From the IMG/VR virus record IMGVR_UViG_3300035520_001173, positions 20,061 to 84,060 of that record: 64,000 bases of DNA. One strand, given 5' to 3'. This document shows, in pieces, positions 55,451 to 64,000 of the stretch. Under the pieces are notes generated by a model, which worked only from the letters and a program-made list of their open reading frames with translations, was not told the origin of the DNA and did no database searches. A program made the translations under genes and the position numbers. This DNA is from a virus (Duplodnaviria; Caudoviricetes). The number at the start of each line of letters is the position of its first letter. The stretch's first letter is position 1.

Positions 55451-57390
55451 TTAAAAACCAACAGCCTCACTACGTTCAATTTCACCAATGGTGTCTTGTT
55501 TTTTGTTTTCCATTGCATCAAGGATATCACGAAGTGTACCAATGCAGATTTCGGGATAAGTTTTTGACATCAAATCAAAAGAAGATGGGTCTAAGTCGGC
55601 AATTTTGAGAATTGAATTGGGTACAGTACCTTCCTCGATAAACTCAGATAATTCAGAAGAACTTAATTCATAGATAGCCTGCTCTAAACGCTGTTTTTCC
55701 TTATCAATGCCAAGCTCTTGTTCACGTTGCATCCTATTGTTATAGTCAGCAAGAATATCTTCCCACTTGCCCATACCACAAGGTTCAAGGAAAGGTGGTG
55801 TTAAACCATACTTAGACCAAAACTTAATCTCTTTATCTTCCATAGTCATAAGTTGCTCGTAAGTATCTTGATCACCAGGTTTATTTGGCTCACCATGAAC
55901 TAATGCGCATTCCTCTTCAGTGAAATATTTCCTGTCATCAGGATTGCTAACAAGAATTTTATCACGAATTTCTCGGCTAAAGCAAACCAATAAAGGGGTA
56001 ATGCGCTTGTTAAATGCGTCAATATACTTAACAGAGTTATACTCAAAACCTTCGTGGCAATAGACGTCTTCATCAGAGTCAATTACATCACGAGGCACAA
56101 GAACACAGTTAAGAATGATTTCTTCATCAACTCTTGCTGTTGGATAGTTTGCGGTTAACCACTCAGCCTTAGCAAGTTTGCGTTTGTTACCTTTATTTTC
56201 CTTATTGTATTTGTTGTACGCACGGTCAACCTCTTTTGAAATCTCGGTTCCGTCGGCATCGTAGTAATGAGTAACCTTTTTGACATCAGGATGAGATTTC
56301 AATTTGCCTGTATTGATATAATAGATGGTATCACCAGTATTAACTTCAAGACCTTCTTTTAAAACAAGCTCATACCAAGCCTGTCTTGATTTAGGCCTAC
56401 CTGCCTTGGTGATTTCTTTTATATCTTTTTGATATTGGGCAATAGTCTTTTTGATTTTACCTTTAGACGCAATATCCCTAATAGGAATTTTATAATTGTA
56501 TAGTTTTTCTATGTAATCATAATATTCCTTGATAAATGCCTTTCCATTGCCTTGCAAAAGGTATAGAATAGCCTTGTCCAAGAAATTTGCTATATAAGCA
56601 TTTAACCTCTTAGACTTTATAGTATTGCCCACGAGTTTCTTATCTTTTCCTGGCGGATTCTCAGGAAAGTAATCCGCATAATTCTTTCGTGCAAAGTTAA
56701 TGGTTGAAGCTACCACTTCATCGCTTTAATCAATGCCTTTTTCTATTTGCATTGTCAGACTATATCACCACCCTCAGCATTACCTGTTAGGGGCCTCCCG
56801 TTTCCACTATAAGATTCTACTTACAATGTACTCTACTAAGTGTAATCTCTTACCTGTTCGATAGTCGTTGAACCTTCATCTTAAAAAAGATGCTTGGATG
56901 CTTTTAGTTGATCTACCCACAATTAAGGTTTTTACGATAGAATAAGCATTACCTTATCTTCTTCATCAATGTCACCATAATAAAGTCGTACTCAATTGTT
57001 CGTTATGGGTTTTACCAGCAGTTAAAGAGGTTATTGCCCTAATGTTTCCATTAGGCGGCACCGTGTAAGCTAATGCCAAGTCCCATTTTTTGCACTCCAT
57101 CAGGGCTGTAGACATCCTTCATGTATAAATCATTGAATTCTGCTACATCAGCCTCGAAGCCTGTATATTCTTTACCGAGTTTTACTTCACGATTAGACCC
57201 CTTGCCAATGTAAGGGTTATCTTTCGTGTATCGGTATTTGCTTTCATCGGGGAGTTGGAAATTAAAGCCTTCAGCCATCGGTATTCTTGCATACCAACCC
57301 TGTATAAGCATCCACAAAGGTGCCATCCAAGGATATATCGTACACAAGAGTACCGATGCTTCCTTTTGCAATTTTTTTAGATGTTGCCAT
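55451..57390 (-). CDS. polB: family-B DNA polymerase, C-terminal half, fused to a split-intein C-fragment. Composite reading 57390-57274, 57266-57073, 56723-55451 (527 aa)
   Basis: Joined sequence gives ...VCKN/TDGFNFQLP...ADVAEFND...MGLGIDEVVASTINFARKNYAD..., i.e. PolB motif C and the K-NY motif followed by the thumb region. Confidence 0.8.
56724..57072 (-). mobile_element. group I intron (IA-like, 349 nt, no internal ORF)
   Basis: Exon ends in U, P1 GGCAU/GUGCC with U.G pair, P2 with GAAA loop, P4 UGCUGG/CCAAGCA, P7 GACUAU/AUAGUC, P9, terminal G. Removal restores GGC-ATC-GAT (GLGIDEV) in frame. Confidence 0.92.
57283..57390 (-). other. split intein C-fragment (36 aa)
   Basis: MATSKKIAKGSIGTLVYDISLDGTFVDAYTGLVCKN followed by T(+1)DG; block F VYDISL and terminal Asn. 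Confidence 0.8.
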
Positions 57391-57425
57391 TTATTATTTT
57401 ATTTATTGCGTTAAACAATTCACGA

Positions 57426-57433
57426 CAAAGATA
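57426..57433 (-). promoter_or_regulatory. Bacteroidota-type -7 element TATCTTTG
   Basis: 35 nt upstream of the intein-C/polB ATG; no clear -33 element. Confidence 0.55.
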
Positions 57434-57447
57434 CAAATATTAAATCA

Positions 57448-58548
57448 TTAATACCATGTGTTCTCAATCCAATTTTTAGACAGATATGGTAATTCTTGGA
57501 ATTTAGCTTGAACCGTGTATCCTGTCAACCATTTTATCGCACGAACATCTGTCGTTGTAATCTCATCATCTATTTTAATCACAGTTCCAGATATATTCAA
57601 ACAATCATTAGATGGGAATTTACATAGACCTGCTTTCAATAGGCCACATTGGTATTTTACACCATGGATTAACTCATAATTAAAGGGGATTTCAATATTA
57701 AGTTCAGCTTTTGTTTCATGGGATTTCTTATAACTCATACATTTATCTTTCATTGGGCAATCCCAACATCCAACTTCATTCGGCCTATAATAATGTGCAT
57801 TAGGGTCTCTTTGGAGATTATGAGTATACGCAATTAAGCATGAAGTCTTTCTAAAAATAGGAATATTATAAGACTTAGCAATTTCTCTCAGTCTATTATC
57901 TCTCTCATCAGATATAAATTTCTTCAATCCAAACTCATGTCCATCATACGGTTTGAAATGAATATCTTGACTTTCTAAATATTGTTTTAGTGAGGGGTTG
58001 ACCTGTAATCCTGAATACCCAATAGATGTTTTATATTCAGAAGCAGTTCGACATACAAAGTCAAAGACATCATCAGAGTCATTTACATCACGAATGATTG
58101 GTCTGAACTCAATGTTATACTTGTAATTGCTTTGAGAAATGACATCGAGATTGTGAATAAACCGTTTTAATGCATTGCCATCATAAGGAGAATCATAACC
58201 AAAAGTAGATAATCCAAAATGAAGGTTCAAGTCAAAAGTTTCCAAAATAGGAAACTTTGATATATCTCCTTTGGTAATTATGATAACTGGGCCTGTATGA
58301 CCAACACTTTCCAATCTCCTAAGTTTCTTTACAGTATCATCAACTTGCAAAAGAGGGTCACCATACATAAGGTTAATAGCAATAGGAAAACTTTTGAAGA
58401 TAGGATTGATTTCTTCTGGCAAAATATCATAGTTTAATTTGTCGGTTTCAATAGCTCGACAATACTTACAACCAAAACATTTATTTAGGCCATGTGAATA
58501 ACTGACGAAACTTTTTGTGAAATATAAATCTTTAATTAAATTGTCCAT
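57448..58548 (-). CDS. radical-SAM/SPL-like Fe-S protein with atypical CX2CX2C motif
   Basis: KCFGCKYC, YGDP, ITKG, RPII and a further Cys cluster at the C-terminus. Confidence 0.6.
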   Translation of the reverse strand: MDNLIKDLYFTKSFVSYSHGLNKCFGCKYCRAIETDKLNYDILPEEINPIFKSFPIAINLMYGDPLLQVDDTVKKLRRLESVGHTGPVIIITKGDISKFPILETFDLNLHFGLSTFGYDSPYDGNALKRFIHNLDVISQSNYKYNIEFRPIIRDVNDSDDVFDFVCRTASEYKTSIGYSGLQVNPSLKQYLESQDIHFKPYDGHEFGLKKFISDERDNRLREIAKSYNIPIFRKTSCLIAYTHNLQRDPNAHYYRPNEVGCWDCPMKDKCMSYKKSHETKAELNIEIPFNYELIHGVKYQCGLLKAGLCKFPSNDCLNISGTVIKIDDEITTTDVRAIKWLTGYTVQAKFQELPYLSKNWIENTWY

Positions 58549-58618
58549 AGTGTTGTATAATTAAGTTATTTTAATAAAGTTTTCAAATTTATATAGTATC
58601 TTTTTATCATAGTGTTTT

Positions 58619-59524
58619 TTAATATTTAAAGTTTTCAATATCACTCATAAAAAATTCTAGTTCACCACTGAGAATCGGATATTTCTTTTCCACTTTTACG
58701 GACTCTTCAAAACGTTGATATACTTCATTTAAATTAATATCATTTGGATATTTTATCTTATATAATTCATATGCGTTTTTATACTTTCGAAGCAGTCGGT
58801 TCTTGGCGAAGTGTATTCTATACATGAAGTTTTTATGGCTAATGCCATATTGGTTTATGACTTTACATACATTTTCATCAGATGATTTTTTAATATAATT
58901 TTCAGCATTCGTAAAGTGTGCAAATATAGTTTTATTTAGTGTATGTTCAAAACATTTTTTACTTTTGTTATTTATCAAATCCTTATAATATTGATGCACA
59001 AAAGCATCTTGTTCATGTTTAAAAGAGCAATACAAACAATAACCTATAGCTTGAGTTAGTGCATTTCTACTTGACGCTAACTTAATTGAAATATCATATA
59101 AATCTATATTCTTCTTAAGTCCTTGGGAATACTGGTACAAATGTGTCAATTCGTGAGCTATTGTCGATTTAAAGTTTGATATCATTTCACTATTAATCAT
59201 TATTGAAACAATATCAATCGACGCTGATTCATAATCTGCTTGCGAGTTAAAATTTATTCCTGAATACTTATATAATTTACTATATTGCTTTTCATCCGTT
59301 ACATATATAACATAACGAACAACGGTATTTTTCAAGTATTTAGAAAACCTACTTAAATCAAATACAAACCTGCCTTGTACAAATGGTATTTTTAAACCGA
59401 AATTGCTATTATATAAAACACTTCCGAATTTAATTGTATTATTAACTTCAGTGGTTATTCTGTTTGACAACATATCCGTAAAATTAATCACCACTGATGA
59501 TACGCTTTTCTCTTCTTTTATCAT
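58619..59524 (-). CDS. putative zincin-like metalloprotein
   Basis: IAHELTHLYQ (HExxH) and downstream HEQDA. Confidence 0.6.
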   Translation of the reverse strand: MIKEEKSVSSVVINFTDMLSNRITTEVNNTIKFGSVLYNSNFGLKIPFVQGRFVFDLSRFSKYLKNTVVRYVIYVTDEKQYSKLYKYSGINFNSQADYESASIDIVSIMINSEMISNFKSTIAHELTHLYQYSQGLKKNIDLYDISIKLASSRNALTQAIGYCLYCSFKHEQDAFVHQYYKDLINNKSKKCFEHTLNKTIFAHFTNAENYIKKSSDENVCKVINQYGISHKNFMYRIHFAKNRLLRKYKNAYELYKIKYPNDINLNEVYQRFEESVKVEKKYPILSGELEFFMSDIENFKY

Positions 59525-61014
59525 ATTTTAATATTTTTGTTATTCCAAATATATCTTATCAAACCGCAATCATATATCCTATATGCACCGATTTTATCTA
59601 CCATTTCAGTTTCGGTCATGCTCATTGGCAAATTGTACTTTTTACTTAAAATATTCTTTCTGAAATTGAATTTATGATATCGTTTTAAATTGAAATAATA
59701 ACTATATGTCGGTGTTGTATAGCCATCAAAACGAAATCCTAAATTAAGATAAACATTACTATTTTCATTAATGGTCCATCTTCTATCTGCAAAGGATTTA
59801 ATATAAGAAGGTTTATAGTTCTTAACGAAGTAATTAAAAAGTTTACCACCAATACCTTGACATATATAATGATAATCGGAAGCAAAACGTGTTAACTCCC
59901 ATCTATCACTACCTTTATACTCGCTCCTAAAGGACATTACGCCTATTAAAGCATCATTATAAAAAGCACCAAGATATATAGTCGCAGAACCGCATCCTTG
60001 AATGTGATATGTATCTAAGAATTCCTTACAATCTTTATGTGATAAAACCTTGATAACACACTTTCTACCCATAATTTTAGGTAATTCGTCAGAATGCTTT
60101 AGAAGATGCTTAATTTTATTTAAAACGATATCCTTATGCTCGGCATATTCGTCCTCAAAGATTTGAATTAATTTAATACCCTTCTTTTTGCACTCTTCAG
60201 TTTTTCTAATATGGTAGTGTTTATCTTTATTCATAGAACAATGCCAATAAAGTCCATTATATTCAATAGCAATCTTTTTATCGGGAATATACATATCAAG
60301 TTCTAATGGTGATATTATTGTTCTATCTCTTTGAATTGTTAATGATTCTAATGATTTAACATATTCAAATATTTCATTTTCAGCTTGAGATGAGATATTA
60401 GCGCATAAAGGACAGCCATGACCACGCATGTGACTATGAGGAGTTTGATAAAAATCACCATGTACGGGGCACGTCACCACAACTTTACCATTATCATCCT
60501 TATTATCTAAATCTGTTTTATTATAGAAATAATAACCGTTATGTATTTCTTTTGCTCTACTGATAAATTCCTCGGTATTCATTTTATTTATTTTAGAGAC
60601 TTTTTCAGCCATACATTTGGGACAACCATGGCCTTTCAGATGGTCATGAGGAACTTGCTTAAAGAGTCCATGCTTAGGACAGATTATTTCAATCGAGGTG
60701 TAAGCATTTTTGTATTCTTGTTTTGGATATGTATAAAAACTTTGATGAACGTTATTTGCTTGGCCTACAAACTCTTCAAAAGATTTTTTAGTTTTACTTG
60801 CACATACATCTCGTCCGCATTTAGTGCAGCCATGACCTCTTAAATGATTTTTCGGAGTTTGCCAAAACTCTCCATGTATAGGACAAATAATACAGACTTT
60901 CTCAGTATTATTCTTATACTCTATTTTAGAGTAATCATATTTATCACCGTGAAGTTCTTTAGCCTTTCTTAAAAAATCTTGTACTTTTAGAGCTTTAGTC
61001 ATGTTTATTGTCAA
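59521..61014 (-). mobile_element. putative homing endonuclease: 3 Zn-finger repeats, PD-(D/E)xK-type nuclease and GNAT/Mom-like C-terminal domain
   Basis: CPxHG...H..GxGCxxC x3; ELDMYIP..KIAIEYNGLYWH; ELTRFAS...SFADRRW...LGF. Confidence 0.75.
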
Positions 61015-61100
61015 GATAGTATTATTTCTTCGAAATATACAAAAAGTTGTATAGAAGGTTCTTTTAACTAGGTAGCTTGAAAGAAAATAATTGATAGCGG

Positions 61101-61107
61101 TATTTAT
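61101..61107 (+). promoter_or_regulatory. putative late promoter TATTTAT
   Basis: 78 nt upstream of the tail tube ATG. Confidence 0.45.
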
Positions 61108-61185
61108 TATAAAAATCCAATAAGGTAAAATACCTTAAAATTGAATTGATAATAAGTACTTAAAACAATAAATTAGTTAACTATC

Positions 61186-61674
61186 ATGGCAGATTTGCTT
61201 TTAAACATGCCCTTGCAGTTCGAGCCATTAAAGAAAAACCGTTGGGTTGTGCGCTTTCCAAGTGACCTTGGTATTTCGGAATGGATGTTAAAATCTGCTG
61301 CAAGGCCTAAAATTAATCAAAATGAAAAAGAAATCCAATTCTTGAACACCTCTACTTGGGTAGTTGGTCGTTATACTTGGGATAGCTTAAGTTTGACCTT
61401 TCGAGATGCAATTGCTCCATCGACCTCACAAGCTCTCATGGAATGGATACGCTTACACTCAGAATCTGTAACAGGCCGTCAAGGTTACGCTGCAGGCTAT
61501 AAACGAGATTTAGAGTTGGAAATGCTTGACCCAACAGGTGTATGCGTTCAAAAATGGATTTTGAAAAATGCATGGATTGTCACTACAGACTTCGGTAGTC
61601 TTGATTATGGCGATGATGAATTGGCAGACATTACAGCAACAATCCGTATGGACTATGCAGTTCTCTGTTACTAA
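61186..61674 (+). CDS. tail tube protein (T4 gp19-like)
   Basis: FEPLKKNRW...ARP...FLN..WVVGRYTWD..LTFRD...MEW...LEMLDPTG...W.LKNAW...FGSLDY. Confidence 0.88.
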   Translation: MADLLLNMPLQFEPLKKNRWVVRFPSDLGISEWMLKSAARPKINQNEKEIQFLNTSTWVVGRYTWDSLSLTFRDAIAPSTSQALMEWIRLHSESVTGRQGYAAGYKRDLELEMLDPTGVCVQKWILKNAWIVTTDFGSLDYGDDELADITATIRMDYAVLCY

Positions 61675-61727
61675 TACATAGATTATCTCAGTTCTTTATC
61701 ATAATTTCGTTTTTTTTTGACGGTTGG

Positions 61728-61764
61728 GAGGTGAAAGTTTTTCAGACTTTCACCTCTTTTTTTT
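61728..61764. terminator. terminator after the tail tube gene
   Basis: GAGGTGAAAGT/ACTTTCACCTC stem followed by T8. Confidence 0.8.
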
Positions 61765-61766
61765 GT

Positions 61767-63458
61767 TTATTTAAATTCCATTTTATAGCATAAACAGCCA
61801 CAGTCGTATATTCTGAACCACCCTTGTGATTTACAGAATTCACGTTCTGACATTTCAGGAGGGCAGCCGAATTTTTCTATAAGGACTTGTTTTCTGAAGT
61901 TAAAACGATAAACTCTTTTGCCTTTGTAAATATAGTAATAATTAGGCTTGGACTTGTTATATAATTCAAAACCTAATTTTTCATATAAGTTACCATTTGA
62001 CCATCTTCTATCTGCATAACTAACAAGACTTGAGGGTTCGTAATCTTCGATGAAATGCTTTAATAAACGGCTTGCCCCACCGATTACGTTTGTATTTAGC
62101 TTATTGCAGAATCTGAGTAATTCCCATTCAAATTTGCCACTACCCACAAAATGTCTTGACTTACCAAATGTCATCAAAGAAACTAATTCATCATTAAAAT
62201 AAAGCCCTAATTTAACCGAAGAGCCACAAGCACCCTGTAAGTGATTTGAATTTAAGAAGGCTGTGGCATCGGAAGCCGAAACTTCTTTGATGATACAATT
62301 TCTTGCATAAATATGAGTTTCAACTTTAGCTAAAATACTACAAATCATAGATTTAACAATTTCAGGCTTATTTTTCCATTCATCTTCGAAAATATGGAAA
62401 AGTCTAATGCCCCGTTCTTCACAACGGACAGTTTTCTTTAAATGAAAATCGAATTCTTTACGGGCGTCAGAGTGCCAATACAAGCCGTTATATTCAATAC
62501 CAAAATTACATGAAGGAACATAGATGTCTATTTCGTCACCTTTTAGTATTCTCCTCTCACGTTGCTTTACATTTTCGGAACCTATCAACTCGCATATAAA
62601 GTTATATAGCTCATCTTCCCCTCTTGAATGTGCGAAAGAACAAGAAGGGCAACGATAACCAAGAAATAGATGGTTTGCAGCGTCCATTTCAAATGGCCCA
62701 TGTTTTTTACAGACAATAGTTACTTTTCCACTTTGGGACGTGTAACTATCAGGTAGATATTCATACTCATTATTATGGGCGGCTTTTGCTCTTTGCACAT
62801 ACTCCTCAAAAGGTATTGTACGAGTTTCAGCGCATTTTCTAATTCCGCATTTTGGACAACCCTGCTTGCCTTTTATATGGTTATTAAATGTCTGGTAAAA
62901 TATTCCATGTTCGGGGCATATTATTGGGTATTTAATTCTATCGTTCTTATATTCAGTTATTTGTGAATAATCATATTTGTTATTATGGGTTTCATTAGCA
63001 ATTGCAACAACTTCTTCGATTGTCCGTCGTTTACTTGAAGCCGATTTTATATAGCGGCATTTAGGGCAACCCTGCCCACTCAGGAGGTGTCCTGGTGTTA
63101 TTTCAAAATCCCCATGCTCTTGACCGTTTTCTTCTTTGCAATGGCATGTAATAACAACCTTTGCGTGGTTCGTTTTGTACTTTGTTTTTTCAAACGTAAA
63201 ATTTGAACAATCTACCTTTTTCCTTGCCTTATCTATAAATTCCTCGTTAGTGTATCTTTTTCGGCCTGAACACTCAGGGCAACCCTGTTTCATGTTTATA
63301 TGTTTCTGAAAAGACTTATAAAACACACCGTGCTCAGGGCACCTTATGGGTACTTTCTGTTTTCTCATGGTATAAGTAGCCTCATCGATTAGAGAATAGT
63401 CATATTTATCGCCATGAATTGTTTTCGCTATAGCAATATCTTCTTTTAAATTAGCCAT
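61767..63458 (-). mobile_element. paralogous putative homing endonuclease: 4 Zn-finger repeats, nuclease and GNAT/Mom-like domain
   Basis: CPEHG...GCPxC repeats; EIDIYVP..FGIEYNGLYWH; ELLRFC...GGASRLL...SYADRRW. Confidence 0.75.
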
Positions 63459-63486
63459 CTTTAATATTTTGGTTTTATTTTCAATG

Positions 63487-63518
63487 CAAAATTACAAATA
63501 AGCACCAATAAAACCAAA
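63487..63518 (-). promoter_or_regulatory. Bacteroidota-type promoter TTTG-N20-TAATTTTG
   Basis: Full consensus match upstream of the start at 63458. Confidence 0.7.
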
Positions 63519-63566
63519 GAAAAAGTTTAAAAATTAGTTAAAAATAAGGTACTTATTTAAGATATT

Positions 63567-63768
63567 TATATATCCACGGTCATACAGTCTATTGAATTCA
63601 TTCTTATTTCATACATAAGCAAATTTTGGCTTAGTATAGGTTTGAATTTTAACCCCATTATCTAAGGACATATTATCACTGTTCAAAATCCACCGCCTAT
63701 CAGTGGTAGTACATCACTTTAAAACTTGAAGTGTCGGTTTGTTTAACAGATAATCTATTTTTGGCCAT
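63567..63768 (-). pseudogene. degenerate remnant of a third GNAT/Mom-like endonuclease C-terminus
   Basis: Broken frames read TDRRWILNSDN...GVKIQTYTKPKFAYV*...RLYDRGYI, matching ADRRW...GF...P...RIYDCG of the two intact paralogues. Confidence 0.55.
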
Positions 63769-63777
63769 AATAAGTCT

Positions 63778-63999
63778 TTATTTTTTCCACAAATATTCTT
63801 CTCGTTGCCGTCTAACAAAATCACTCCAACTCGTCATTGACGTTGTACCTTGACGATACGCCATATAGCCATTAGCATCAAGCCACTTATAACTGTTAAC
63901 CCAACGATGATAATATTTTTTTATCTTACGATTGGACGTTGAATATTTTGCCCATTTATTAAAATAATATTCAAACGTTTTACGCTCTTTAACGGCTTT
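63778..63999 (-). CDS. partial hypothetical protein (3' end; runs off the window)
   Basis: 73 open codons from the window edge, KAVKERKTFEYYF...EYLWKK-stop. Confidence 0.55.
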   Translation of the reverse strand, partial: KAVKERKTFEYYFNKWAKYSTSNRKIKKYYHRWVNSYKWLDANGYMAYRQGTTSMTSWSDFVRRQREEYLWKK

Positions 64000-64000
64000 A

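Noticed and set aside
57267-57273. The 7-nt insertion as a mini-intron
   Set aside because: Too short for any self-splicing core, and no intron structure is nearby on that side.
57051-57371. Track ORF MQKEASVLL... as an independent 106-aa protein
   Set aside because: Its first ~35 codons are the off-frame shadow of the intein-C peptide and its last six codons are intron sequence. Only FNF...GLGI is polymerase.
3837-62966. Numerous 60-150 aa ORFs antisense to or nested in long genes (e.g. 3837-4163, 22414-22905, 49303-49758, 54105-54545)
   Set aside because: Shadow frames of well-supported genes, with no motifs or promoters of their own.
1-64000. Alternative genetic code (TAG or TGA reassignment, as in some gut jumbo phages)
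   Set aside because: Long conserved genes are intact in code 11 and TAG ends genes before terminators (18199, 32049, 39751). Reading through the polB TGA would not restore the frame.
1-64000. Second DGR target or second TR in the window
   Set aside because: By eye, the CACTGGTGTTCCACAGAG and GTTGTGCGGGCAGTTGTCGC cores occur only at VR and TR. Remote targets outside the window cannot be excluded.
1-64000. tRNA or rRNA genes
   Set aside because: No cloverleaf or rRNA-like sequence recognised by eye in the intergenic gaps. tRNAscan-SE would be decisive.

Overview
A 64-kb, AT-rich segment of a large T4-like myovirus that uses the standard genetic code. The host is probably Bacteroidota: consensus TTTG-N19/20-TAnnTTTG promoters are present and Shine-Dalgarno sites are not evident. 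The window holds an accessory block with a NAMPT-like plus PRS-like pair resembling the NARP1 NAD-reconstitution anti-defence pathway. Morphogenesis genes include the large terminase, gp13-like neck, gp20-like portal, gp5-like baseplate hub, gp19-like tail tube, fibre modules and a gp55-like sigma factor. A complete diversity-generating retroelement is present (2172-aa target with VR, hairpin, avd, TR, RT), along with an AT-rich palindromic non-coding region, a glycosyltransferase cluster and homing endonucleases. The most unusual locus is the C-terminal half of a family-B DNA polymerase (57390-55451, minus strand). Read from the sequence, it starts with a 36-aa split-intein C-fragment. It is then interrupted inside the catalytic TDG-FNF motif by GGC-TGA-A-GGC, a matched-codon stop-hop geometry (or a 7-nt lesion or assembly error), and 65 codons later by a 349-nt group I intron. 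No database searches were run, so family assignments come from motifs recognised by eye.
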